From an uncultured Candidatus Kuenenia sp. (lineage in GTDB: Bacteria > Planctomycetota > Planctomycetia > Pirellulales > UBA1268), in assembly GCA_964498325.1 (NCBI GenBank), contig CAZCHF010000001.1, positions 127,225 through 191,224 of the forward strand: 64,000 nt of DNA, read 5' to 3'. The notes below the pieces were generated by a model, which saw nothing but the letters and a program-made list of their open reading frames with translations, was not told the origin of the DNA and did not search any database. This document shows, one piece after another, positions 18,787-28,735 of this stretch. The translations under genes were made by a program, and so were the position numbers. How positions within the stretch are numbered: the stretch's first letter is position 1; each line of letters opens with the position of its first letter.

Positions 18787-21700
18787 AACGGCATCAGACA
18801 CTTCTGGCAGCGGTGATCTTGGCTGCGCTCATTGCGGTCACGGCTAGTGCCGCGCCGCTCGATGATGCCATGGCCGCGTTCGCCAAGGCGCAGCCCCAGG
18901 GCGAACCCGCGGTCCTCGGCGTCCTCGAAGAAGGCATTCGCGAGGGTCGTTCGGCCCAGGCTTTTGTCACGGTCGCGGCCTGGCTCGACACGCATCCGGT
19001 GACGAACCAGTCGCTTCTCTTCACGGCCGCACGGTCTGCCGAATATGCCGGCGAGTGGTCGGTCGCGGTTTCTTTCTACCGCCAGTTGCTCGAGAACCCG
19101 AAGGCTGATCAACGGCTCGTCGCCGAGGCGGCACCGGCGATCTATCGACTTCTTTTGGGGCCACTTGGCCAAACCGATACGGCCTACCTCTTCATGAAGG
19201 AGCATGGCGATAGGCTGCGAGCCGTCGGCGGCGCGCGACGCTATGACGACTGGTTTCTCGCGACTGCGAAGGCGCGAAACGATGTGCCCGCGGCGTGCGC
19301 TCGTCTTGCCGCGATGTGCCGTGACGGTGCGACCGACCTCGCGGCTCGACGCGACGACTTTGAATGGGTTTGCGAGAAGCTCGAGCCGTATCCATTTGCC
19401 GAAGGTGCCTGGCTCGACGCCGCCGTCAAGCTGGCTTCGGAGCCGAATCTTCCAGCCCCTTTCAAGGCGCGGCTCAACTGGGTGATCGCTATCGGCCCGT
19501 TCACGAAGGAGGCGACCGCGCTCTCTCAGGCCAACAAGCCGATCCCTGATTCGCTGCGCGCCAAGCCACTCGCGGCCGCCAAGGAGCTCATCGCCGCGCT
19601 GCCGATGGAAGGCTCGATCCTCGCGGCCAGGGGCTGGATGGCGTACAGTGGACGTCATACTCCGAGCGTCTGGAACTACATCGCCTCGGGGCGCGAGGCC
19701 AAGGCAGCGCCCATCCTCGAAGCGCTCGCAACGCTTTCGCCGCAACAAGCACACGACGTGTTGACGGCCAAGGGCTGCCCCAGGGGCCGGCCGGTTTCGT
19801 TCATGTTTCTACCGGCAGAGTGGCGGGCACTCGTTGCCAAGGCGCCGGCCCTTTTCAACACGCTTGCCGCGGCGGATGTGCCCCTTCTCGAGAAGACGAT
19901 CACGGTCGACGAGGCCAAGGCCCTTGCACCGCACCTGGCCAGGAATCCACACCGGGACGCCGCCGTGATCCGGGCCATCGCGACGGCGGGGAGCCTCGAG
20001 TTCCCGGCCATCACAGCCGCCATGGCTTCTGAAATGTGGCGGTTCGCCGAACCGCAGGCCGCGATCGAGGCAGCGAAACAGGTCAGTGCCGCCAAGGACC
20101 AGAAAGAGGATCGCGACGCTCTCCAGGCTCTCTCGAAGCCCGACCCACGGGTTTCCAAGATCGAGGCATCTGTCGGCAAGACAGCGTCGCCCCCGGACCG
20201 CGCCGCGGCCTTCCAGGCTCTCTCTCAGGATCTCCTCGGGGCCACTCCCACGATTCCAGGCGCGCTTGCGCTCTGGAACAAGCTTTTCTCGACCGCTCCC
20301 GAAGCAGAATCCGCGGCGATGCTTGCCACTCTCGCGAATAACTCTGGCGGTGACAGTGGGTCGCTCTTCAGGCGTGCTGCAGCCGTCGCAAACCTCGGCG
20401 GCCATGTCCTCTACACGCAAGCCACGCTCACCGACTATTTTCTCAATAACGGCGATCAGCGGCGCCGGTTCGTGACCGCCGCGGCGCCCGTCGTCGCCGC
20501 GATGCAACCGCACCTGGCGGCTCAGGCACAAGCCGGCCGGCTCTCCGAGTATCCGTTTGCCGTCTGGCTACATGCGGCAGATCCGAAAGATCCAGCCACC
20601 CGCGACTTCATGCGACAGCTTGCGGCGTCGCCCGCATACGCAGCCCTGCCCCGGGCGTATCGCGCCGCGGCGAGCGACTCGGTCCACTTTGGTGACATTG
20701 CCTTCACCCCGGCCCAGCGGGCCGTAGCCCCGCGCGATCTCTCTGAACCACTCCTCTCGCTCCCCGCGAACGCACCTCCTGAGGCCGTCGAAGCGGCGCT
20801 CGAAGCCGCCATCCAGCGTGTCGCTGCAGCTCCGCAACCCGTGGCGCTCATCGGCGTCGGCAGGGTGGCCGGCGTGCCCGCCTGGTCACCGAAGCTGCGC
20901 AGTCTCGCCTTCACCCTGTTCCGTGAACACTCGCCCCTCGCGAGCTACCCGGGCGACGCGGGCTACCAGCAGCTCGTCGAGCGGATCTGCCGGGAGTTTT
21001 CCGACGCCAAGCAGTGGCAGGCGATCGAGTCTTATTCCGCAGGCCTCTGGCACGCGGCCGCATCCCTCGACTATGGCAAGCCCCCCCAGGCGGCTGCGGC
21101 ACTCACGAGTTTGGCGGCGTCAGCACTGGAATCAGGAAACCCCTCGGCCGCGCTCACGCTGGCCCGAGACGGATTACGCGGGGCATTCGGCCGCTCGATA
21201 GCCCAGTCGACCGATCCGAATCAGCAGGCACGCCTCGGGCAGCTTCGACGAATCTCGAGCAAGGCGGGCCTCGCGCTCGGTGCTTCCGAGATTCCGGTCG
21301 ACGAGTCGAACCCGGCCTATCCGATCTTCAAGTCGGCCGCCGAGTTTGCCCAGGGCAATCTCGAAGCGGCCTGGAACCTCTACGTCGATCATGCCGATGT
21401 CCTGCCGCAGGCGCTCCGCAAGCTTTCGCCGGACTACGCGTTCTGGCTTCTCGCACGGTGCGTTTCCGAGGGCCGCGCGGCAGATGGCGAAAGCCTGATC
21501 AAAGAACTGAGCCTCTGGTCGCGGGAAGTGCCGGGGCTTCTCAATGCCGACCAAGACGCCAGGCTCAAGATTGCCTACGCCGACGTGTCGTTTCTGCGCG
21601 GCGGCTATCCGACGGCCCGCGCCTGGTATCGCAAGGTCGCCGATGCCGCCGAGTTCAAAAACACCGAGATGCACCTGCTCGCCGGTCTCGGCTCGGCGAA

Positions 21701-24700
21701 GGTCGATCGCATCACCAAGAACTTCTCGGCGGCTCTCACGGAGCTCGACAAGCTCGCGGCGATCGGAAACCCCTCTTTCAGCCAACGGATCCGCTTTGCC
21801 CGGGCCGAGGTCCTCATGGATCAGGAGAATCTCAAGGAGGCACTCGATGAGATCGCGGCGGTGCTCCGGCAGGAACCAAAACATCCCGACGCTTTGATCC
21901 TCCAGGGAAAAATTCAGACCGCGATGCGGAAGCTCATCGAGGCGAGCGAGATCCCGCTCGGCCCCTCGCAGACAGATACTGTCCTCGTGCCCGGCGAAGC
22001 CGTGAAGATCAACCTCCGCGATCCCACGCTCGGCGTGTCGGGCGTCTCAGCCGAGATCGAGGTCGAAGTCTGGGCGAAGTCGGGCGATCGTGAGTTCGTG
22101 CTCCTGGCGCCGTTTGGTGACAGCCGCGAGCAGCTCCGCGGCGAACTGCCGACGGCCCTCGGCGCACCAACGCCCGGAGACAAAAAACTCCAGGTCCTCG
22201 GTAACGACGAAATCCGCTTCGGCTACTCGCCGCGGTTTCGGGCGAAAATGCGCGATCTCCCCCCTGATCCAGACACGGTGATCGGCGTGGCGGCAGACGC
22301 TCGGCTCGGCATTTCGGCCGGAGGGTTTCCGTCACTCGAAGGTGAGCGAAGACTCTCGATCGAGGAGTTGGGGGTGTCGTCGGCACAAGCGAAACTCGGG
22401 TTTCGATCGGTCCGTCCTGGCAACCCTGTCTACCTGCGGGTCATCGATGCCGACCAAAGCACGACGCCGGCGCCCGACACCGTGACGGTGGCCCTCGAAG
22501 CGACGAGCGGCGATGCGGTTCGGTCGCTCGTACTCACGGAGACCGGACCGTTCACGGGCGTCTTTGAAGGCGTTGTGCAGACAGCTCCTTCGCAGGCACT
22601 TGCGTTTGCATCCGAGAATGCCCCAGGACGCGACGCCATCATGGCAATCAGTCCCGGGAACCTCCCCGGGTGGCAGGGCAAGTCTGGCGAGAAGGAGGCT
22701 GTGCGAATCTTCGGTGTGGATCTCAACGACGACGTCCCGCTTTCCGTGATGACGTTCCAATCGCCGGCGGGCCAGGAGCCGACTCACTTCCTGGTTCAGA
22801 CCTCGCAGAACGGCCGCGATTGGGTGACGCGATCCCGCAACCGCGGCGCGGCCGATCCCGCGCCGTTCGATGGCAGGCCACAGGTGACATCGTTTCCGAC
22901 CTACGGCACGGGGTCGATGGGCATCTCGGCGCCGAAGGGGCGCGAACTGCCCGCCGAATGGCGCGAGAAAATGGACGTGCTCGCGACGCGTGCGTCGGTG
23001 AACTTTCTGGCGGCCACCGTGCCGAACCTCACGGCCAAGCCGCTGCCAATCGTAGCCTGTAGCCATCCCGGGTATTCGGCCCTCGTCCGTTTCACGGCGG
23101 TCTTCTATCAGCCGGAGTCTGCGATCCGCCGGTTCCAGGTCACTGGCTGGCCCGCGAATGACGACAAGGGCTCGCCGCAGACGTTTTTCTTGATCGACGG
23201 CCAGCCGGCCGCGAAGGACGCAACCGATCCGCTCATGATCGAGCGCGAACTCGCCCCAGGCCTCCACACGATCGAGGTCTGGCGGCATGCGAGCCGCAGC
23301 ACGTTTGAGACGGCGACACCCGTGATCCTCTGCGATGCGGAGGGCAAGGAGCAGCTCGTGCCATGTCCTGACGCCATGTTCGATCCGAAGATGTTTCCAG
23401 CCGCAGTGCGATCTGATCTGCCACTTCCGGCAGTCGTTTCCTCGCGGGCCGGCACCCTCGACGTGGCCTTTGCTACCGGTACACGGGCCCGACTCGTGCG
23501 GCTGGTCATCGTCGGATTCTCAGGCGTCGCACCGGCCATTGAGAAGGTGATGCTGACCGACGCGACGGGCAAGAAACGGCTTCCCGTGGCCGAAGACGCC
23601 GTCGCGCTGCGTAACAACGAACAGCTCGAAGTGCTTCCTGGTGACACCGTCACGGCACGCTACATCGATCCGGTGCCCGCCACGCCAAAACGGACGCGGC
23701 ACGAGGGCCGGCTCACCGTCGCCTATGACACCGCGACGATGACCGCTTCGTTTCTCAACTACAAGGAGACGCGGAATGGCCGCGAGCTCGTGCTCGAGCC
23801 GATTCGCCGGTTCGGCTACGGCGCCGCCGTCGGCATCGTGATCGATGACGCCGACATGGATACGAGCGACAAGCCTGACGTGGTCGACTTCGTGATCAAG
23901 AAGGCTGATGGCACGACCGTCACCATGAAGGCGGTCGAGACCGACGTGCACAGCGGTCGCTTCATCGGTCGCGTGTTCCCGGTCGAAGGGAAGCCGGCTC
24001 GGGAGTCGGAGATTCAGGTGGCCAAGGGGGCGAGCCTCACGGCGACCTATCGCGACATGGAGAACCTCGATCCCGGGGTGCCGGCAACCAGAAGCGTCAC
24101 GATCATGCATGCTCGCTATCAGACCCCCATGATGGCCGGCTACGAGGTGACGAGTTCGCCGCTGGACACGCCGGTTCTGCAGCCTTCCGCAGCGACTTCC
24201 GGCCCTGGGGCAAGCCGTGGCCGCGCTTCCGCCGAGATTCCCGCGCGGCAGTCGCTCGCTTACACCCATGTGGCTGAATCAAAACTCACTGCAGAACCGC
24301 TGCCGGCGGTGCTCGGGGCCACCGTGCGCGTCGACGTGATCGTGCCCCATCTGGCCTTCGCCCAGAGCAGCACGGTCAACGCGTTCGTGCAGACCGAGGC
24401 GGCACGGCAGGCCGCGAAGGCCGCCGGATCAAAGGCGGAGAACGCTTTCGACATCTCCCTGCCCGGCACGCTCCGGCTCACGTCCGCCCTCGACCGTCCG
24501 AGTGTCGTCACCCCGCCCGGCTACGCACTTACAACGCCGCCCCATCCCCCGACCGGAAAACCGCCGCTCGACGAGGGGCGATTTGCCATCGCCGTGCCGC
24601 TGGTGCTCGGTGATCCTCCGACGCGAAGCTTCGCCGACAAGGCCGCCGAGGCCCTTCCGAGTTCGGCGATTCCCGAGGGCCTCGCTGTGAAGGCGGGCGA

Positions 24701-26180
24701 CGTGGTCCACGTCGGCTTCCCGTGGAAGGACGAGCAGGGCAAGGTGGCCTGGAAGACGGTGTCGTTCACCGTGGGGAGCCATGCCTTCCTCGACGTGCTT
24801 TCGGGCGATGCCTCGTCGATGCTCACCGCCGCGTATGTCGGCGAACGCATCGTGGTTCGACTCGTGGCCCCCGGCCTCGACCGTGGCCCGGAGTGCGACA
24901 CGACCCAAGTCACGCTCTCGACCGGCGGCGGCGCCACGACCCCGCTTGCCATGCGGGAAACCGAGCCCCACTCCGGCGTCTTCATCGGTGGCTTCACGAC
25001 GTCCTACGCCGACGGCGATGCCCCGTCGGCCGATGCGACCGGGTCGCTCGAGTCTCAGGGGCTCCCGGTCCGCTACGGCGACACCGTCACGATCACCTAC
25101 GACGGCCAGACGAGAACAGTGGCGATCAACAAGGGCGCCGACGGTCTGATCGAGCCGTTCACGAAGCGGTACGGGGGCGACCAGATGGCCGTCCGCACCG
25201 CATTCACGCTCGCCGAGTGTTTTCTGGAGCTTGCGAAGAAGCATGCGGAGAGCGGTGAGGAGAGTCTCGCCCGGCGAGAGATCGACCACGCCGAAAAACT
25301 GCTCGCCGAAGCCCTCGCGAACCGCCGCGATCCCGACATCCAGGCCCAGGCCGAATATCTCCTCGGCAATCTCGCCCACGAGTTTGCAAACCTCGCCAAG
25401 AACGAGGAGACCCGGCGGCCGCGGTATCAGCAGGCGCTCAAGCGTTTTTCCGAGATCCCCCTGGAATACCCCGACACCGAGTTTGCGTCGAAGGCGCAGT
25501 ACAAGACGGCCCAGACCTACGAGAAACTCGGCGAGGCCGAAAGCGCCGTCGAGGAGTATGTGAAGCTCGCTTACAAGTATCCCGGCGACGAGCTCATCCC
25601 GTCGGTCATGTCCCGGCTCGGAGATTATTTTCAGAAGAAGGGGCAGAGCTTGAAGGAGAAGGCGGACGCCATCCGCGAGAAGACCGATCCGAAGTCCAAG
25701 GGCGAGGTGATCGTGCTCGACGAGGCGTCGTATCCGGAGTTCCTCAAGGCCGCGCGGGTGTTCGAGAAGCTCAACGAACGCTTTCCCGACGACCCGCTCG
25801 CGCCGCTGGCTGGCCTCCGCGCGGGCCAGAACTACATGCGTGCCCACCAGTACGATCCCGCCGTCAAGGCCTTTGAAGCACTCATCGAAGTGGAGAGCTA
25901 TGACGGCCCGACGCTCAGGGCTCAGGCGATGTACTGGGGGGCGTATGCCCGGGAACTCTGGCCGGTGGCGGAAGACAACTGGAAGATGCGGGGTGATCTC
26001 ATGAACGGTGCCTACAAGCTCTACCGCCGGATCACCTTCGAATACCCCGACTCCATCTGGGCCAAGCGGGCCCGTGGCCGGCTAGCCGACCCTGCGTTTG
26101 CGGACATTGCTCAGAGAGACGCAGAGGAGCGGCAAAAGATGATCGAGGCCCTCGAAGAAGCGCGGAAGAACAGAAGGTGA
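18783..26180 (+). CDS. Giant (2465 aa) secreted TPR/alpha-solenoid protein, colinear paralog of 11182-18786
   Basis: ATGA overlap; signal MKRHQTLLAAVILAALIAVTASA; same module order; ETGPFTGVF, ETDVHSGRF, ETEPHSGVF motifs. Confidence 0.9.
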   Translation: MKRHQTLLAAVILAALIAVTASAAPLDDAMAAFAKAQPQGEPAVLGVLEEGIREGRSAQAFVTVAAWLDTHPVTNQSLLFTAARSAEYAGEWSVAVSFYRQLLENPKADQRLVAEAAPAIYRLLLGPLGQTDTAYLFMKEHGDRLRAVGGARRYDDWFLATAKARNDVPAACARLAAMCRDGATDLAARRDDFEWVCEKLEPYPFAEGAWLDAAVKLASEPNLPAPFKARLNWVIAIGPFTKEATALSQANKPIPDSLRAKPLAAAKELIAALPMEGSILAARGWMAYSGRHTPSVWNYIASGREAKAAPILEALATLSPQQAHDVLTAKGCPRGRPVSFMFLPAEWRALVAKAPALFNTLAAADVPLLEKTITVDEAKALAPHLARNPHRDAAVIRAIATAGSLEFPAITAAMASEMWRFAEPQAAIEAAKQVSAAKDQKEDRDALQALSKPDPRVSKIEASVGKTASPPDRAAAFQALSQDLLGATPTIPGALALWNKLFSTAPEAESAAMLATLANNSGGDSGSLFRRAAAVANLGGHVLYTQATLTDYFLNNGDQRRRFVTAAAPVVAAMQPHLAAQAQAGRLSEYPFAVWLHAADPKDPATRDFMRQLAASPAYAALPRAYRAAASDSVHFGDIAFTPAQRAVAPRDLSEPLLSLPANAPPEAVEAALEAAIQRVAAAPQPVALIGVGRVAGVPAWSPKLRSLAFTLFREHSPLASYPGDAGYQQLVERICREFSDAKQWQAIESYSAGLWHAAASLDYGKPPQAAAALTSLAASALESGNPSAALTLARDGLRGAFGRSIAQSTDPNQQARLGQLRRISSKAGLALGASEIPVDESNPAYPIFKSAAEFAQGNLEAAWNLYVDHADVLPQALRKLSPDYAFWLLARCVSEGRAADGESLIKELSLWSREVPGLLNADQDARLKIAYADVSFLRGGYPTARAWYRKVADAAEFKNTEMHLLAGLGSAKVDRITKNFSAALTELDKLAAIGNPSFSQRIRFARAEVLMDQENLKEALDEIAAVLRQEPKHPDALILQGKIQTAMRKLIEASEIPLGPSQTDTVLVPGEAVKINLRDPTLGVSGVSAEIEVEVWAKSGDREFVLLAPFGDSREQLRGELPTALGAPTPGDKKLQVLGNDEIRFGYSPRFRAKMRDLPPDPDTVIGVAADARLGISAGGFPSLEGERRLSIEELGVSSAQAKLGFRSVRPGNPVYLRVIDADQSTTPAPDTVTVALEATSGDAVRSLVLTETGPFTGVFEGVVQTAPSQALAFASENAPGRDAIMAISPGNLPGWQGKSGEKEAVRIFGVDLNDDVPLSVMTFQSPAGQEPTHFLVQTSQNGRDWVTRSRNRGAADPAPFDGRPQVTSFPTYGTGSMGISAPKGRELPAEWREKMDVLATRASVNFLAATVPNLTAKPLPIVACSHPGYSALVRFTAVFYQPESAIRRFQVTGWPANDDKGSPQTFFLIDGQPAAKDATDPLMIERELAPGLHTIEVWRHASRSTFETATPVILCDAEGKEQLVPCPDAMFDPKMFPAAVRSDLPLPAVVSSRAGTLDVAFATGTRARLVRLVIVGFSGVAPAIEKVMLTDATGKKRLPVAEDAVALRNNEQLEVLPGDTVTARYIDPVPATPKRTRHEGRLTVAYDTATMTASFLNYKETRNGRELVLEPIRRFGYGAAVGIVIDDADMDTSDKPDVVDFVIKKADGTTVTMKAVETDVHSGRFIGRVFPVEGKPARESEIQVAKGASLTATYRDMENLDPGVPATRSVTIMHARYQTPMMAGYEVTSSPLDTPVLQPSAATSGPGASRGRASAEIPARQSLAYTHVAESKLTAEPLPAVLGATVRVDVIVPHLAFAQSSTVNAFVQTEAARQAAKAAGSKAENAFDISLPGTLRLTSALDRPSVVTPPGYALTTPPHPPTGKPPLDEGRFAIAVPLVLGDPPTRSFADKAAEALPSSAIPEGLAVKAGDVVHVGFPWKDEQGKVAWKTVSFTVGSHAFLDVLSGDASSMLTAAYVGERIVVRLVAPGLDRGPECDTTQVTLSTGGGATTPLAMRETEPHSGVFIGGFTTSYADGDAPSADATGSLESQGLPVRYGDTVTITYDGQTRTVAINKGADGLIEPFTKRYGGDQMAVRTAFTLAECFLELAKKHAESGEESLARREIDHAEKLLAEALANRRDPDIQAQAEYLLGNLAHEFANLAKNEETRRPRYQQALKRFSEIPLEYPDTEFASKAQYKTAQTYEKLGEAESAVEEYVKLAYKYPGDELIPSVMSRLGDYFQKKGQSLKEKADAIREKTDPKSKGEVIVLDEASYPEFLKAARVFEKLNERFPDDPLAPLAGLRAGQNYMRAHQYDPAVKAFEALIEVESYDGPTLRAQAMYWGAYARELWPVAEDNWKMRGDLMNGAYKLYRRITFEYPDSIWAKRARGRLADPAFADIAQRDAEERQKMIEALEEARKNRR

Positions 26181-26418
26181 CGGCGGCATGCTCGGTCGGC
26201 GACAGACCGACCATTCCTGGCTCCAACGAACGCTTCGCGTCCAGTCGATCCCGCCGCGTGGCCACTTGGCCAATACCTCAGGCCTGTAGGCCCATCTACG
26301 ATTGAAACGTCTGGAGAGAAGCCTCTCCACCGTTCGCGTTGAGAGCCAGTGAGGCGGCGATCAATCGTCCATCTGACGGTGTCGGGCTTCGCTCGTAGCC
26401 TTTGTGGGGGAATTCGTC

Positions 26419-27450
26419 ATGTATCCGGCCTTGCGGTCACACGTGGCCAGCCGACGCCAGCGTCACGGCGCGTTTACCTTGGTGGAGCTGTTGGTCGTGA
26501 TTGCGATCATCGCCTTGTTGATCGCGATCCTGATGCCGGCAATCCAATCGGCCCGCGAATCAGGGCGGCGCATCCAGTGCGCCAACCACCTCAAGCAGAT
26601 GGCCCTCGGCTGCCAGCAGCATGTTTCCGCGTATCAGCACTTTCCGACAGGGGGATGGTCGAGTGTCTACGTTGGTGATCCCGATCGAGGGTTTGATGAC
26701 CGTCAACCTGGTGGCTGGGCCTACAACCTTCTGCCGTTCATCGATCAGGCGCCGGCCCATCAGGCGGGAGCTGGCATGGGTGATGCGGACAAGGCCGCCG
26801 CCATCCGTGTTCGCTGCATGACACCGATTGCGACCTACTTTTGTCCCAGCCGTCGATCACCGGGTGCGTTTCGTAGCACAACTGGCTACCGTGGCCCCGT
26901 CAGTGGCTTTTCTCAATCGGCACGGGGAGATTACGCAGGCTGCGCCGGCGTGTGGATGAATGACCCGACGAACGGGGGCCCTGGTAGCTATGCAGATGAA
27001 TTCAGTTATCCGAGCTGGTTCAATTACCATCCACGCATGTTCACCGGAATCTTCTATCAGCGAAGTGCCGTGACGCCCGCCGGGGTACGAGATGGATTGA
27101 GCAATACCCTCCTTCTCGGCGAGAAGTATCTCAACCCGGACGATTACACGAGGAGCAACGTCGGGGGCGACAACAAAAACTATGCCAGCGGTTTTGGGGC
27201 GGAGACACTTCGGGTCGCCGGCAACAGCTCGACTCAACAACTGACTACCGACAGCCAAGCCAGAGTTCCCGTGCAAGACCGCCCTGGCTTCGGTGGCATC
27301 GAGATTTTCGGCAGCGCCCACCCCGGAGGCTTTCAGGCAGCATTCGCCGACGGTGGGGTTCGCTCGGTCGACTACGGCATCGACAAGTACGTGTTTTTTT
27401 ACATGGGCCATCGCGCCGATCGCCAAGTGACCAGCTCGGATGGCTCATGA
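26419..27450 (+). CDS. DUF1559 family protein (prepilin-like N-terminus, H-X9-DG motif)
   Basis: GAFTLVELLVVIAIIALLIAILMPAIQSARESGRRIQCANHLKQ; FGSAHPGGFQAAFADGGV. Confidence 0.92.
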   Translation: MYPALRSHVASRRQRHGAFTLVELLVVIAIIALLIAILMPAIQSARESGRRIQCANHLKQMALGCQQHVSAYQHFPTGGWSSVYVGDPDRGFDDRQPGGWAYNLLPFIDQAPAHQAGAGMGDADKAAAIRVRCMTPIATYFCPSRRSPGAFRSTTGYRGPVSGFSQSARGDYAGCAGVWMNDPTNGGPGSYADEFSYPSWFNYHPRMFTGIFYQRSAVTPAGVRDGLSNTLLLGEKYLNPDDYTRSNVGGDNKNYASGFGAETLRVAGNSSTQQLTTDSQARVPVQDRPGFGGIEIFGSAHPGGFQAAFADGGVRSVDYGIDKYVFFYMGHRADRQVTSSDGS

Positions 27451-28163
27451 TGGTTGTGGGCGCCGCAGCTGGCGGCAGAGCAAAAGAGTTTCTTGAGGCA
27501 AGGGCAATGCACGGCTTGTGGATGCGAATGGCGGCTATGGCATCGACCCTGGGGCTCGTCGTGCCAACGGGTTGCGGCCGGGGGCCTTCGCGGATTCATC
27601 CCCCAACCATCAACGCAACCGTCGCGGGCCAAGCCGCGATGAAGGAGTATGACCGCAACGGCGATGGGGCGGTGGCCGGTGACGAACTTGACAAAGCTCC
27701 GAGCCTGAAGGCGGCCCTCACTATTCTCGATGCCGATTCCGACGGTCGGGTCACCGCCGAGGAGGTCACGGCTCGGATCGAGGCATGGCAGGCTTCCAAG
27801 ATCGGCATGATGTCACAGCGTTGCGAGGTTCTTCTTGACGGGTCGCCGCTCCCAGGGGCTCTCGTGGTCTACGAACCAGAGGCTTTTCTTGGCCCGAACG
27901 TCAAGCCTGCGTCTGGAGTGACCGATGACCTTGGCGTAGCCTTCCTGACCATCGCCGAAAGCGAACGCCCAAACCCGTCCTTTTTTGGGGTCCACTGTGG
28001 CCTCTACCTCGTTCGCATCACGAAGGGCGACCGCGGCCAGCAGGTGCTGCCGGCCGGGTACAACATCGTCACCACCCTTGGCGCCGAAGTGGCCCCTGAC
28101 GCACGGGATGCCGAGACCGGCAGCGTTTTTCGGTTGAATATGGGCGTATCGCCGGCACAGTGA
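27447..28163 (+). CDS. Putative lipoprotein with two EF-hand-like loops and a transthyretin/carboxypeptidase-regulatory-like domain (typical DUF1559 partner)
   Basis: Lipobox-like VVPTGC; DRNGDGAVAGDE and DADSDGRVTAEE; LDGSPLPGALV...SGVTDDLG...GLYLVRI. Start may be downstream of 27447. Confidence 0.75.
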   Translation: MMVVGAAAGGRAKEFLEARAMHGLWMRMAAMASTLGLVVPTGCGRGPSRIHPPTINATVAGQAAMKEYDRNGDGAVAGDELDKAPSLKAALTILDADSDGRVTAEEVTARIEAWQASKIGMMSQRCEVLLDGSPLPGALVVYEPEAFLGPNVKPASGVTDDLGVAFLTIAESERPNPSFFGVHCGLYLVRITKGDRGQQVLPAGYNIVTTLGAEVAPDARDAETGSVFRLNMGVSPAQ

Positions 28164-28324
28164 GCCCCCCGAAAGAGTGGGCCCAATGCATGGGGCTCGG
28201 GCGGGAACTAAGATGGCCGCTCCCTGTCCATCTTGAGCGATCCAAACCCACATATGGCGAAGGCCATCGGCGCAGGTGGGGAGAGCGAGTCACTCCGCCC
28301 CTCCACAAGCGTCAACGAATCGAC

Positions 28325-28669
28325 ATGCCCTCCTTGCCACGCCCAGCCCGCGAACTTTTCTTCCGCGAGACCGGACGGGAGACCGACCCGGAGCTCTGCC
28401 TCCAGAGCCTTACCCGTGTCGATGCCGGGTCGTGGTTCACCAAAACTCCTGCCTGGCTTTGTATCACCGGGGATCGCGTGGTCGTGATCGTTGCCGGCCG
28501 TCGCCACCATGTCGCGAGCATGCCGCGTGCCGCGTGCCGCGGCAGCCGATACGATCACGCCACAGGCGAAGTCGTGATCGAGCCTGGCGATGCCCTCCGG
28601 TTCAATCGCCTCGCCTTCCCGCCACGGGAGGCCCTTCGCATCCTCCAGCTTCTTGGCGTCGAAAACTGA
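28325..28669 (+). CDS. Small hypothetical protein, possibly bacterial PH-like fold
   Basis: ATG 28325; beta-rich (WLCITGDRVVVIV) with a C-terminal amphipathic helix; fills the gap before exbB. Confidence 0.55.
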   Translation: MPSLPRPARELFFRETGRETDPELCLQSLTRVDAGSWFTKTPAWLCITGDRVVVIVAGRRHHVASMPRAACRGSRYDHATGEVVIEPGDALRFNRLAFPPREALRILQLLGVEN

Positions 28670-28735
28670 CTGCCTCACCGCCGCCCAACGTCATCCTTTC
28701 CACGATCGTTGTCATCCGAGAGTCGTTCACATCCC

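Noticed and set aside
11182-26180. Giant solenoid proteins as PVC membrane-coat-like proteins or T6SS/T9SS/T2SS parts
   Set aside because: No beta-propeller repeats, secretion ATPase, secretin or baseplate signatures seen; both proteins have Sec signal peptides.
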